A stretch of 64,000 bases of DNA from an uncultured virus (IMG/VR IMGVR_UViG_3300024358_000470) (IMGVR_UViG_3300024358_000470), one strand, 5' to 3'; counted from the stretch's first letter, positions 1 through 11,027 are shown. Made by a program: numbers and translations. The notes: generated by a model from the sequence alone, not told the origin.

Positions 1-340
1 TTGCTACACTGAACAGTACTACTGGAACAGTAACTAATCTCAATGGTACTGATATTAACTATAGTGGTGTTGGTACTATTGCTACACTGAACAGTACTAC
101 TGGAACAGTAACTAATCTCAATGGTACGAATGTAAATTATAATGGCATTGGAACTGTTGCAACTTTAAGTGGAACTAATATAGATTACTCTGTAGGCAAT
201 TTATCAACTTTAAATGCAACTACAGGTAATATTGTTACTGGTGTGGTTACAACCTTAACAGGAACTAATATCAATTATAGTGGTATCGGTACTATTGTAA
301 CTCTGAACAGCACTACAGGAACTGTAACTAATCTTAGTGG
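1..340 (+). repeat. 78-bp (26-aa) coding tandem repeat, ATLNSTTGTVTNLNGTDINYSGVGTI-like
   Basis: ttgctacactgaacagtactactggaacagtaactaatctcaatggtac at 1 and 79; degenerate copies near 290 and 790. Confidence 0.85.
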
Positions 341-1733
341 AAGTAATATTAACTATAGTGGTATTATAACAGCATCGGAATTTACGACTGGGAATGGAAA
401 TCTTGGTTTTACTACAAATACCATTAGTGGACCTTCAGAAATTATAATTGATCCACTCCCAGTAGGGGTAGGAGTAACCAGCGGAAGTGTAAGAATTAGG
501 GGTGATTTATATGTAGATGGCACCAATTTTATTGTTAATTCTCAAACAATAACTCTTGCAGATTTTGTTGTCGGTATTGCAACAACGGTTCCTAACAATA
601 ATTTACTTGATGGTGCTGGCATTGGTATAGGAAGTGAAGTTACATTCCTTTATGACTACACAAATTCTTCATTGAAGTCAAGTGAGAATTTAAATCTTGC
701 TGCAAACAAATCTTACAAGATTAATGGGGTTGATTTACTAAATTCAAATCAACTCACAGTACCAAATATAAATTCAAGTGGTGTTGGTACTATTACAACA
801 TTAAACAGTACCACAGGAACAGTAACTAATTTAAGTGGTACAAATATTAATTATACTGGTATTGGTACTATAGTCAATATTGATAGTACTACAGGAACTT
901 TCCACAACTTAGTGGGTGCTGCACTATCAATTTCTGGCATATCAACAATATCAGTTAATAGTTCTTCTAATGCATTAAGAATCACTCAAACTGGTTCTGG
1001 AAATGCTTTAGTTGTTGAAGATGAAACAAACCCAGATGCAACTCCATTTGTAGTTACTTCAACTGGTTCCGTTGGAATAGCAATTACAAACCCATCATCA
1101 AAACTTCATGTTATTGGTGATGCAATAGTAACCGGAATTTTAACTGCAACTGATGGAATTCAGGGTATTGGTATTCAATCAGGTGGAGTTACCATAACGA
1201 CTGGTATTTTAACAGCGTTTAATTTTGTTGGTGCAGGAAATACTTTCGCGTATAATCCAGCAACAAAAACAATTGATATTAATATAGATGGTGGGCAATG
1301 GACTTACTCAGATACATCAAATATAGAAACAAGTAACATTTATCGATTAAATGGAAATATTGGGGTGGGGACTGCGATTCCAACATCAAAACTTCATATT
1401 ATTGGAGACACATTTATATCTGGAGTAATTACTTCAACAGATTATAATTCAGCCTCTGACATTAACTTGAAGGAAAATGTAAAACTGATAGAAAATCCGG
1501 TTGATAAAGTACTCCAATTGAATGGCGTAACATTTGATTGGAAAGAAAATAAAAAGTCATCTATGGGTGTTATTGCACAAGATGTTGAAAAAGTTATTCC
1601 TGAACTTGTTAGCAATGGATCTATAAAGACTGTTAATTATAATGGATTAATTGGATTATTGATTGAAGTTGTAAAAGAACAACAGAATGAAATAAATATT
1701 CTGAAAAATAGATTAAATAGTTTGGATGCATAA
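1..1733 (+). CDS. Tail fibre protein, 5'-truncated by the window edge, with C-terminal peptidase S74 intramolecular chaperone
   Basis: Frame is open from base 3 into ORF 243..1733. Thr/Gly/Asn-rich repeats, GIGT-type fibre motifs, and a C-terminal SDINLKENV...GVIAQDVEKVIPELV...VNYNGLIGLLIEVVKEQQ S74 signature. Confidence 0.85.
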   Translation, partial: ATLNSTTGTVTNLNGTDINYSGVGTIATLNSTTGTVTNLNGTNVNYNGIGTVATLSGTNIDYSVGNLSTLNATTGNIVTGVVTTLTGTNINYSGIGTIVTLNSTTGTVTNLSGSNINYSGIITASEFTTGNGNLGFTTNTISGPSEIIIDPLPVGVGVTSGSVRIRGDLYVDGTNFIVNSQTITLADFVVGIATTVPNNNLLDGAGIGIGSEVTFLYDYTNSSLKSSENLNLAANKSYKINGVDLLNSNQLTVPNINSSGVGTITTLNSTTGTVTNLSGTNINYTGIGTIVNIDSTTGTFHNLVGAALSISGISTISVNSSSNALRITQTGSGNALVVEDETNPDATPFVVTSTGSVGIAITNPSSKLHVIGDAIVTGILTATDGIQGIGIQSGGVTITTGILTAFNFVGAGNTFAYNPATKTIDINIDGGQWTYSDTSNIETSNIYRLNGNIGVGTAIPTSKLHIIGDTFISGVITSTDYNSASDINLKENVKLIENPVDKVLQLNGVTFDWKENKKSSMGVIAQDVEKVIPELVSNGSIKTVNYNGLIGLLIEVVKEQQNEINILKNRLNSLDA

Positions 1734-1780
1734 TTATAAACTAAATAATAAAAACTACCCAGTGTATACGAGGACGGTAG

Positions 1781-4700
1781 ATGGCAATTAAGATTCAAGG
1801 TTCTACTATCATTGATGATAGTAGAAATATTACAGATGCTGGGATAACTACGGTAAGTTCTATAAGTATTGGGAATACCCAAGTTATTAGTTCTGGTAGA
1901 GAACTTCAGAATATTGTTTCTTTAGACTCTACAACAACAGCGACGATTGAATCTGCAATCTCAAATTCACCAAATGTATTCAGTGATTTAACTGTAACTG
2001 GCGTTACTACAATATCAGTCAATAGCTCTTCTGACGCATTAAGAGTAACTCAGACTGGTTCTGGTAACGCCTTTATAGTAGAGGATGAAGCGAATCCAGA
2101 TGCAACTCCTTTTGTAATAACTTCAACAGGTTCTGTTGGAGTAGGTACAATAAATCCGAATAATAGAGTTACTTCGGAAAATACAGCAGTCCTTGCTGCG
2201 GGTATTGTCACTGCATATAAATTTTATGGAGATGGATCAGGATTATTAGGAGTTTCTGGTTCAAACTGGGTTACTAGTGATGTTGGAATTAACACTCTTT
2301 CTAATGTCGGAATTGGAACCACAAATCCAACAGAAAAATTAGATGTTCTTGGAAATGCAAAAATTTCAGGAATTGTTACTGCATCATCATTTTCAGGAAC
2401 TGGTGGGTATTTAACTTTAGGCACATCTGATGATGGGAGTCTGACATCATCAGGAGCATTAAACACATTCACTACAAGCACTAAGATAGTTAATGGTATA
2501 GATGATCTAAATGAACTGGCATTTAATATTATTAGAAATACGGCAGTTACTAATGTTGACTTTTCTTCCAATTTAGTTGCGGGAGGTTCTCCACTCTCAG
2601 TTACTTTATCTGTTACAAGTTCCGGAAACGCCAATCGTTATGATGTTGATTGGGGCGATGGAAATACAACTTCTAATTATGCTTCTTCATCTATTCCACA
2701 CACATATACTAACTCAAGTGGCGGATTATATTCAATCACATTAACCGCAAAAAATAATACTGGAGTTGGAGCAGGAAGTTCATTTACAACTTCTAAGACA
2801 GATTACATTACTCTTTATACACCAAATCCAGTAGTTGGATTTGCCCTTTACAGAGCTTCTAGTGGAGGAACTGCTCTTTCAGGCAATGACTTATATGTTA
2901 TAGAAGGACAATCTTTATACTTAGATAACAATACAACAAATACTAGTGGTGCAACCGTCAACTATACAATGAATTGGGGTGATGGATCATCTAATGATTC
3001 TATCGCAAGTGACTCAGCAGATGGTGGAGCTGGAGTTAGTGCCAATAGATTACAGCACACTTGGGGTCAAGGAACGAATAGTTCAACTACTACAGATACA
3101 CTTACATTAACTTTAAACGCACATAATACTGCAAACCCAGCAGTTATTCCCGCTACTGGTACTGTAGCACTTAAAGTTTATGATGATGCCCCAGTTCCTC
3201 CAGATGGATTAAGTAGCAAAACATTATCGAATGTTACTAGTACTGGAACAAGTCCAAAACTTGCCTCAGGATTTACTGATAATACTGGAGGAACCACTTT
3301 ATCTGCAGGAAATGATGTCAATCGTGTAATTAATGGAACTCCAGAAGCAACAGCAACTGCATCATTTGCTTACAATGCAAGTAGTGGAACTCTTACGGCA
3401 AACATAAATGGTTCTGCAGATGGTTCTAAAGCATTTACAAATGCTGATGACTCTGGAACTTATACGAGCTTGGTAATTACCGAAGAAAGCGACTATCAAC
3501 TATTAAATTCTTCTGGATCTTCCGTTACTTTTGCAGCAAGTACTTTTTATCCTGGGGCTTATAAAGGATTCAAGGCAAAGGTTTCCAAATCCGCTTCAAG
3601 TTTAAGCACTGGCGTTAATAGTATGCAGTTGCTTCATAGCTCCACTGGAAATACAAATATTGTTGAATTTGTAAAAGATGATATGACTGCATCACCAACG
3701 GTGAGTATTGCTGGTGCGACTTTATCGGAAGGAACTGGAGGAACAAAACGCTATATTTCTGGTATTCCTTATTACAATACAGGTTCACCAACTCTTACAT
3801 TATCCGGAGTAACTGTTACAAATCTTGTCGGACAAGCATACACCAATCAATCAAATATCGTAGAGGTTGACACTGGAACAAACCAAGAAGGAACTTCAAG
3901 TGCGGCTACAAATGATACTGATTATACTTATGCTCAGATTGACGGTGCAGTAACAATGTTAAGCGGAGGAATACCTTTAGTAAACACGGGTACTTCTTCT
4001 CCATATGCAATTGGCAATCTAACAGTTCCCATCACATCTTCAAGTGTAAGAACTGTTGATAGAGTTAAAGTTCGAGCAAGAAATGTAAATGGAGTTGCCA
4101 GTTACACAAGTGATATTTCAACTAATATTCAAGTTCATACTGCAGCTCAATCTGGGATATCTGAAATTTCTATAGCAGTTCCTTCAGGACTTGGAGATGG
4201 AACTTATACAGATAATGGTAAGAGAATATTTGATTTTAATGCTGCAACTACAAACACTCCATCTTATAGTGGTGCCACTAATTTTTATACAAATAGTCCA
4301 TATAGTGAATCATCAGATCCAGGAGTTGCTGGAACAAAAGAAGCAACAGTAAGATTGGGCGTATTAAAATATGATGTAACAGATTATTCGACAGGATATC
4401 TACCTACTGGTCCAAACAGAAGTGGCGATACTGGAACTCAGTATTTCACTTTTGCTTTCAGGAGAAAATCTGTAGCTAACTTTGATATTAATATTACATC
4501 ATCTGGAATTTCGGGTCTCTGGATTGCTGCACCCGGAACAAGTATAGATACTACAAGTGGATTAAATGGTTGGTTAAGAGCAGATACAACTTATGCAGGT
4601 TCTGGCGTTCCTGGAAGTGGATCTGGTGGAAATGGTTCTGATGGATGTGCTTTCACCAGTGGGGATAGAATTCTCACATCAACTTCTCTCAGTGGTGGAT

Positions 4701-4819
4701 ATACAATGACTTTGGGAAGTGAAAATATGAGTAATGCTACTGGTAATGTTGTTCTTGTTCGAATTGCCTTAACATCTGGACAATCAGTATCAAGTCTTAG
4801 TATAGGAGCTGCTGCATAA
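1781..4819 (+). CDS. Virion structural/fibre protein with PKD-like domains
   Basis: 1012 aa, Ser/Thr/Gly-rich. Two WGDG PKD motifs (DVDWGDG, MNWGDG) and NVGIGTTNP fibre motif. CTAAATA late-promoter-like motif at ~1741. Confidence 0.7.
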   Translation: MAIKIQGSTIIDDSRNITDAGITTVSSISIGNTQVISSGRELQNIVSLDSTTTATIESAISNSPNVFSDLTVTGVTTISVNSSSDALRVTQTGSGNAFIVEDEANPDATPFVITSTGSVGVGTINPNNRVTSENTAVLAAGIVTAYKFYGDGSGLLGVSGSNWVTSDVGINTLSNVGIGTTNPTEKLDVLGNAKISGIVTASSFSGTGGYLTLGTSDDGSLTSSGALNTFTTSTKIVNGIDDLNELAFNIIRNTAVTNVDFSSNLVAGGSPLSVTLSVTSSGNANRYDVDWGDGNTTSNYASSSIPHTYTNSSGGLYSITLTAKNNTGVGAGSSFTTSKTDYITLYTPNPVVGFALYRASSGGTALSGNDLYVIEGQSLYLDNNTTNTSGATVNYTMNWGDGSSNDSIASDSADGGAGVSANRLQHTWGQGTNSSTTTDTLTLTLNAHNTANPAVIPATGTVALKVYDDAPVPPDGLSSKTLSNVTSTGTSPKLASGFTDNTGGTTLSAGNDVNRVINGTPEATATASFAYNASSGTLTANINGSADGSKAFTNADDSGTYTSLVITEESDYQLLNSSGSSVTFAASTFYPGAYKGFKAKVSKSASSLSTGVNSMQLLHSSTGNTNIVEFVKDDMTASPTVSIAGATLSEGTGGTKRYISGIPYYNTGSPTLTLSGVTVTNLVGQAYTNQSNIVEVDTGTNQEGTSSAATNDTDYTYAQIDGAVTMLSGGIPLVNTGTSSPYAIGNLTVPITSSSVRTVDRVKVRARNVNGVASYTSDISTNIQVHTAAQSGISEISIAVPSGLGDGTYTDNGKRIFDFNAATTNTPSYSGATNFYTNSPYSESSDPGVAGTKEATVRLGVLKYDVTDYSTGYLPTGPNRSGDTGTQYFTFAFRRKSVANFDINITSSGISGLWIAAPGTSIDTTSGLNGWLRADTTYAGSGVPGSGSGGNGSDGCAFTSGDRILTSTSLSGGYTMTLGSENMSNATGNVVLVRIALTSGQSVSSLSIGAAA

Positions 4820-4820
4820 G

Positions 4821-7800
4821 ATGACTATCTCAAACGATCAGAAGATTGATTATCTCTGGAAAAAACTTGGTTACGGTAGAACTAAAACGGATACTTCTTC
4901 CGTAAAGGACGCCGTAAACGAATCTATTTCAAGTCCTCTATTAATAAGGGGAGATACTGTTTGGACCCAGGCAAATTTAATCCCAACAACTATTCCAGGT
5001 AGCAGCACATCTATAGTTACCTTATATCCAACATCCTTACCCGTTGAATGCACTGTAGATATTACAGCATCTTCTAATAGGACTTGGAAGACAAATATAA
5101 CAGATTGGATTCCACCAGAAATTGGTTCAACATATCTTATAAAAGTTTACATTCATACCTCTGGAAATGCAGCTACTGCTGCCGCTTCAGGTACTCAAGT
5201 ATTTGCTACTGGTTCTGGTAATAACGACGAATGGTTCTTTGATTATCAGTCGGGAGTTTTAAATTTCATTGGAACAAATCTTCCCAATGGAGTTAGTTTT
5301 ACCGGAAAGAGTGTTTATATCAGTGGGGCAGTTTATAGTGGGCAAAAAGGAGTAACTGCAACAGGAACAGCGGTTAGTTTCTCAAACATTTATGCAAGTG
5401 GAATCATAACTGCATCCCAATTTTATGGAGATGGTTCTGGATTATCCGGAGTATCTGCTTCAAAATGGTCCACAACAAATGCTGGTATTCATACTCTCTC
5501 AAATGTTGGTATAGGAACCACAAATCCCACCCAAAACTTAGATGTTAAGGGTTCAGTAAAAATTAGTGAAAGAATTTATGATTTTAATAATAATCCCGGA
5601 GGTGCTAATTATGTTTTATCTTCCGGAGGTCCATCTGGTTCATGGACTTGGTTACCTGTAACTGATGTTGGGGCAGGAACACTCGATGCTGTTTTTATAA
5701 GACAGGATGGTAGTAATGTTGGAAATGGAACTGCAACAACATTTGATTTTTATGAGAATTTTTCAGTTACCCAACCATCTGCAGGAATAGCATCGATAAG
5801 AATCAATAGCGTAAATTTAATTGATGCATCATCAATATCAGCTAATAGTTCCTCAAATGCATTAAGAATCACTCAAACAGGTTCTGGCAATGCTTTAGTT
5901 GTTGAAGATGAAGCAAATCCAGATGCAACTCCTTTTGTTGTTAGTGCCACTGGTAATGTTGGAATCGGAACTTCAAGTTCGACATCAAAATTAGATGTAA
6001 GGGGTGATATAATAATAGCTGGCGTATCTACTTTTATTGGTTTAGTAGAACTTGATGGTTCTTTAAGAGACATTTATGGAAATGTAGGTGCTGCTGGGTC
6101 TATTCTTGTCTCCACTGGTGCTGGAGTAAGTTGGACTGCTCCATTTGCTGCAGGTATTCAAGGTGTCCAAGGACTTCAGGGTACTCAGGGATTACAAGGT
6201 TTAGGAGGTTCTCAAGGAACCCAAGGACTTCAGGGATTACAAGGTTTAGGAGGTTCTCAAGGAACTCAAGGTACTCAAGGACTTCAGGGATTACAAGGTT
6301 TAGGAGGTTCTCAAGGAACTCAAGGTACTCAAGGACTTCAGGGATTACAAGGTTTAGGAGGTTCTCAAGGAACTCAAGGACTTCAGGGTACTCAGGGATT
6401 ACAAGGGACAACAGGATCGCAAGGTATTTCCGGTCCAGTAGCAGGATCTGCAAATCAAGTTGTTTATAAAGATGGTTCAAATAATCCAACAGGTTCTGCT
6501 AATCTCACTTTTAATGGAACAGAATTAGTTACTCATACACTAACTGTTCTCAACAATACTGATATCAACGGCAATTTAAATGTTGATGGAAGTATTACAA
6601 TTGGCGGAACATCAGCACAACTCAACACTCAACAACTTACAGTAGTTGATGCTGACATTGTTCTTGGTATTGGTACTTCATTCTCACCAAGCGATGCAAC
6701 AGCGAGTCATGGTGGTATTGCAATTGCATCAACTGAAGGAACTCCACTTGTAAGTCTTGCGATTGGTGGAGAAACCAACCCAGACACATATAAGAAAATT
6801 ATGTGGTTTAGGGGTGGTGATATTGGCGCTGGTATTACTGATGCTTGGTTGTTTAACTATGGCGTTGGTATTGGTTCTACTCAAGTTCCTAATGGAGTAA
6901 GACTTGCTGCTGGTGCAATTCAAGTTAGCGATAATAAACTTGATGTTAGTGGTGATATTGATTTTAGTGGAACTTTCTATCAAAACGGAAGTCCATTTGT
7001 AGCATCAAGGTGGACTGCTGGAACTGGTGATAATATCTATAGATTAAATGGAAATGTTGGTATAGGAACTACAAATCCACAAACAAAACTTGAACTTAAT
7101 GGTGTTCTTGGATTTACAGGTAGTAATATAAAAATTGGTAATAATATAACTGGTGAAAATATTTCAGGTGGGACCGATAATATTCTTATAGGAACAGAAG
7201 CAGGACGTTATTTAACTGATGGTACTGGTAATGTTCTTATTGGACCATCAGGACCATCAGGAACACCTGGTGTAGTTCCTGCCTTGGTTGGTTATAGTGA
7301 CAATAATAGGTTAGTTATTGGTTCAGGAAATACTGCTTGGATTTATGGTGATAGTTCTTATCATCTTAATATTAATGAAGTATTAAAATTTAATGATGAT
7401 GTTTCTGCAAAATATAATATATTCCTTACCGGAGCGGATAAAACTACATTATATGACACATCTAATAGAGGTAATAAAAATATATTTTTGGGGTATGAAG
7501 TAGGACTTAATGACAGTGGCGGTGATTACAATACCTTTATTGGTGAGCGTGCAGGATATAATAACTATGGTGGAAATGGCAATATCTTTATGGGGGGTTC
7601 TGCAGGATTTTCTAATACTGGTGGATATAGCAATACCGTTATTGGCCCTGGTGCAGGATATGATAACACTGATGGATTTTACAATATCATTATAGGTAGA
7701 TGGGCGGGAGTTTATAATAATGGTGGATTTAACAATACCTTTATTGGTGAGCGTGCAGGATATAATAACTATGGCGGTGATTACAATACCTTTATTGGAC

Positions 7801-10800
7801 CTTCTGCAGGATATGCTAATACTGGTGGTTCTTACAATGCATTTATGGGTTATGAAGTAGGATATAATAATACTGGTGGTTATTACAATACCTTTATTGG
7901 ACCTTCTGCAGGAAATGCTAATAATGGTGGTGATTACAGTACATTTATTGGCCCTAATGCGGGATATAATAATGCTGGAGGAACTTCTAATATCTTTATA
8001 GGTCCTCAATCAGGATATAATAATACTGATGGTTCTTACAATACCTTTATTGGTGAGAGTGCAGGAAGTAATAATCAAGGATCTAATAATATCTTCTTTG
8101 GAAATAATGCAGGAGCTGCTAATACCTCTGGAACTAATAATGTTGCTATTGGCAAATTTGCAGGAGTTTATCTATCTAGTGGTAGTAATAATGTTCTTAT
8201 TGGTCCATCAGATAGTTATGGTCCAACTTCTAGTCCTCCTATTCCCGATGGAAGTAATCAGTTAGTTATTGGTTCAGGAAGTACTGCTTGGATTTATGGT
8301 AATAGTTCTTATAATGTCGGTATAGGAACCACAAATCCAACAACAGCACTTCAAATTAATGGAGTATTAGGATTTGGCATCGATCAATATGGAAATACTA
8401 ACATAAGAATAGGTGATAATACTACTGGTTCCTCCATTACTGATGGATTTAATAACATTTTTATGGGCATTGGTGCTGGTAATTATACTACTTCTGGATA
8501 TTCGAACCAATTCTTAGGTGGTTTTGCAGGAAATAATAATATTGATGGAGGTACTAATATCTTCATAGGAGAATCTGCAGGATATAATAACACTAGTGGA
8601 AGTAGTAATATCTTTTTGAATGCTTTTGCAGGATATAATAATATTAATGGAAATGCTAATAATTTCCTCGGTGTTTTTGCAGGAGAGGATAATATTGATG
8701 GATACCACAACAACTTCTTTGGCAATCGTGCAGGAAACAGCAACAAAAGTGGAAATTATAATATCTACCTTGGACCACTAAGTGGAATTTCCACAGCAGC
8801 ATCTAGAAAAATTATAATTGGTTCGGGTGGTCCTGGTCCTGATTTATTTGATTCACCAAACACCACCAAAGACACTCAATTTGCTGTTGGTGTAAGAACT
8901 GATGAAAACCCAAGTAAATATTGGTTAGTTGGTGATGAAAACTTTAATATTGGTATAGGAACCACAAATCCAACTGAAAAATTAGATGTTGGTGGAAACT
9001 TAAGAATTCGTTCTGGTCTTAATGATTTTTATAATAATGTAGGTGCTGCTGGGTCTATTCTTGTATCAACTGGTGCTGGAGTAAGTTGGACTACTCCATT
9101 TGCTGCTGGTATTCAGGGAACCCAAGGTCTTCAGGGACTTCAAGGATTACAAGGTTTAGGAGGTTCTCAAGGAACTCAAGGTCTTCAGGGATTACAAGGT
9201 TTAGGAGGTTCTCAAGGAACTCAAGGTCTTCAGGGATTACAAGGTTTAGGAGGTTCTCAAGGAACCCAAGGACTTCAGGGATTACAAGGTTTAGGAGGTT
9301 CTCAAGGAACTCAAGGACTTCAGGGTACTCAGGGATTACAGGGCACTCAAGGAACCGCTGGTCCAGTAGCAGGATCTGCAAATCAAGTTGTTTATAAAGA
9401 TGGATCTAATGATCCAACAGGATCTGCAAATCTTACTTTTAATGGTACATCTTTATTTACGAATCAATTAAGTGTCTCCGGAGTTTCTACATTCACTAAT
9501 GGACCAGTATTAGTTGGAACAGCAACATCAACAGGAACAGCATCACAAAGATTACAAGTAACTGGTGGTGCTTATGTTTCTGGTAATACTGGTATCGGAA
9601 CCACAAATCCACTACAAAACCTTCATGTTCTTGGAAATCTTCTTGTTGCTGCTGGTTCTTCAACAGGACAACACATTACTCAAAAGGCATATGAGTTAAA
9701 TTCAGGTACTCTTTCTTGGGAAGGTTCCGCAGGTCAGTTATTCAGTATTACAAATAACCTAACATCAGGTTCCATATTCTCAGTTAATGATGTTTCTGGT
9801 ATTCCAAGTATTGATGTAAACGCAAATGGTACAGTTTTACTTGGTCCTTATGGTGGCAACATTGGTGTAGGAACGACAAGTACAACATCAAAACTCCAAG
9901 TTACTGGTGATACTAATATTACAGGAGTAACAACATCACTAAGATTTGTATCAACGGTAGCAACAGGAACTGCACCACTCACAGTTTCTTCTACTACAGT
10001 AGTAACTAATCTTAACGCAGATTTACTTGATGGAAAGAACACCGGAACATCTGGAAACACAATTCCTTTATTAGATGGTGCAAATACTTGGTCCGCAAAT
10101 CAAACTTTTAGTTCCCAAATTATATCAACTCAAGCAAACTCCACAACAACTGGTGGTGGTCAAATTTATTTGAATGGCAATACCGGAAATAGAATTGATT
10201 TTAATTCAAATGGTGTTGCTGCTCCTACATTTACTACAAGAAGTGCTGGTACAAAAATACTTTTATATTCGGGTATAGGTGGAGCAACTGTTGATTATGC
10301 GTTTGGTATTGAATCTAATACTTTATGGTCTTCTGTTCCCGATTCATCATCTCAATTCAAATGGTATGCTGGAACTACCAGTATTGCTACTTTATCTGGT
10401 GCTGGAGTTTTCACTGCCACTAGTTTTAGTGGTTCTGGAGCATCCTTAACTTCTTTAAATGCATCAAACCTTTCTACGGGAACGGTTCCTACTGGAGTTC
10501 TTGCTTCAGGAACTGCCAACGCGACAACATATTTGAGAGGAGACCAGACTTGGGCTACGATTAGTGGTGGTGCAACTCTTTCAAATGATACAACAACAAA
10601 CGCAACTTATTATCCAACATTTGCCAATGCAACTTCTGGTACTTATTCGACAGCATATGTATCAAGTACAAAATGCACTTTTAATCCATCAACAGGAACA
10701 TTATCCGCAACAGTATTTACGTCACTATCTGATAGGACACAAAAAACTGATATTCAACCAATTAAAAATGCACTATCTTTAGTAACTCAACTTGAGGGTG

Positions 10801-11027
10801 TAAGATATAAGTGGAAAGATGAAAATAGTCAACCTTCAATTGGTGTGATTGCACAAGATATTGAGAAGGTACTTCCAGAAGTTGTTGCAGAAAACGAAGA
10901 TGGTCTTAAGTCAGTATCTTATGGAAATATTGTTGGCGTATTGATTGAAGCAATCAAAGAACAGCAAGAACAAATAAATATCCTTAAGGAAGAAATTAAG
11001 AGTTTGAAGGAAAAGGATTTTTCATAA
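4821..11027 (+). CDS. Long tail fibre/adhesin with collagen-like segments, 14-aa beta-roll repeats and C-terminal S74 chaperone
   Basis: 2068 aa. Many NVGIGTTNP motifs, two Gly-X-Gln runs, NTFIGxxAG repeats, and C-terminal SDRTQKTDI...GVIAQDIEKVLPEVV...VSYGNIVGVLIEAIKEQQ. Confidence 0.85.
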   Translation: MTISNDQKIDYLWKKLGYGRTKTDTSSVKDAVNESISSPLLIRGDTVWTQANLIPTTIPGSSTSIVTLYPTSLPVECTVDITASSNRTWKTNITDWIPPEIGSTYLIKVYIHTSGNAATAAASGTQVFATGSGNNDEWFFDYQSGVLNFIGTNLPNGVSFTGKSVYISGAVYSGQKGVTATGTAVSFSNIYASGIITASQFYGDGSGLSGVSASKWSTTNAGIHTLSNVGIGTTNPTQNLDVKGSVKISERIYDFNNNPGGANYVLSSGGPSGSWTWLPVTDVGAGTLDAVFIRQDGSNVGNGTATTFDFYENFSVTQPSAGIASIRINSVNLIDASSISANSSSNALRITQTGSGNALVVEDEANPDATPFVVSATGNVGIGTSSSTSKLDVRGDIIIAGVSTFIGLVELDGSLRDIYGNVGAAGSILVSTGAGVSWTAPFAAGIQGVQGLQGTQGLQGLGGSQGTQGLQGLQGLGGSQGTQGTQGLQGLQGLGGSQGTQGTQGLQGLQGLGGSQGTQGLQGTQGLQGTTGSQGISGPVAGSANQVVYKDGSNNPTGSANLTFNGTELVTHTLTVLNNTDINGNLNVDGSITIGGTSAQLNTQQLTVVDADIVLGIGTSFSPSDATASHGGIAIASTEGTPLVSLAIGGETNPDTYKKIMWFRGGDIGAGITDAWLFNYGVGIGSTQVPNGVRLAAGAIQVSDNKLDVSGDIDFSGTFYQNGSPFVASRWTAGTGDNIYRLNGNVGIGTTNPQTKLELNGVLGFTGSNIKIGNNITGENISGGTDNILIGTEAGRYLTDGTGNVLIGPSGPSGTPGVVPALVGYSDNNRLVIGSGNTAWIYGDSSYHLNINEVLKFNDDVSAKYNIFLTGADKTTLYDTSNRGNKNIFLGYEVGLNDSGGDYNTFIGERAGYNNYGGNGNIFMGGSAGFSNTGGYSNTVIGPGAGYDNTDGFYNIIIGRWAGVYNNGGFNNTFIGERAGYNNYGGDYNTFIGPSAGYANTGGSYNAFMGYEVGYNNTGGYYNTFIGPSAGNANNGGDYSTFIGPNAGYNNAGGTSNIFIGPQSGYNNTDGSYNTFIGESAGSNNQGSNNIFFGNNAGAANTSGTNNVAIGKFAGVYLSSGSNNVLIGPSDSYGPTSSPPIPDGSNQLVIGSGSTAWIYGNSSYNVGIGTTNPTTALQINGVLGFGIDQYGNTNIRIGDNTTGSSITDGFNNIFMGIGAGNYTTSGYSNQFLGGFAGNNNIDGGTNIFIGESAGYNNTSGSSNIFLNAFAGYNNINGNANNFLGVFAGEDNIDGYHNNFFGNRAGNSNKSGNYNIYLGPLSGISTAASRKIIIGSGGPGPDLFDSPNTTKDTQFAVGVRTDENPSKYWLVGDENFNIGIGTTNPTEKLDVGGNLRIRSGLNDFYNNVGAAGSILVSTGAGVSWTTPFAAGIQGTQGLQGLQGLQGLGGSQGTQGLQGLQGLGGSQGTQGLQGLQGLGGSQGTQGLQGLQGLGGSQGTQGLQGTQGLQGTQGTAGPVAGSANQVVYKDGSNDPTGSANLTFNGTSLFTNQLSVSGVSTFTNGPVLVGTATSTGTASQRLQVTGGAYVSGNTGIGTTNPLQNLHVLGNLLVAAGSSTGQHITQKAYELNSGTLSWEGSAGQLFSITNNLTSGSIFSVNDVSGIPSIDVNANGTVLLGPYGGNIGVGTTSTTSKLQVTGDTNITGVTTSLRFVSTVATGTAPLTVSSTTVVTNLNADLLDGKNTGTSGNTIPLLDGANTWSANQTFSSQIISTQANSTTTGGGQIYLNGNTGNRIDFNSNGVAAPTFTTRSAGTKILLYSGIGGATVDYAFGIESNTLWSSVPDSSSQFKWYAGTTSIATLSGAGVFTATSFSGSGASLTSLNASNLSTGTVPTGVLASGTANATTYLRGDQTWATISGGATLSNDTTTNATYYPTFANATSGTYSTAYVSSTKCTFNPSTGTLSATVFTSLSDRTQKTDIQPIKNALSLVTQLEGVRYKWKDENSQPSIGVIAQDIEKVLPEVVAENEDGLKSVSYGNIVGVLIEAIKEQQEQINILKEEIKSLKEKDFS
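6153..6440 (+). repeat. Collagen-like Gly-X-Y repeat 1 (GTQGLQGLQGLGGSQ)
   Basis: Uninterrupted G-X-Y triplets built from near-identical nucleotide units such as cagggattacaaggtttaggaggttctcaaggaac. Confidence 0.9.
7470..8200 (+). repeat. 42-bp (14-aa) Gly/Asn repeats (NTFIGxxAGYNNxG), adhesin-head/beta-roll-like
   Basis: Repeated aatacctttattgg...gcaggatat. Exact duplicate block at ~7530 and ~7733. A second array lies at ~8450-8780. Confidence 0.8.
9108..9368 (+). repeat. Collagen-like Gly-X-Y repeat 2
   Basis: Same GTQGLQGLQGLGGSQ units and same flanks as repeat 1. Confidence 0.9.

Noticed and set aside
6100..6489. Alternative-frame repetitive ORFs over the collagen repeats (also 9086..9397)
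   Set aside because: By-products of the stop-free tandem repeat.
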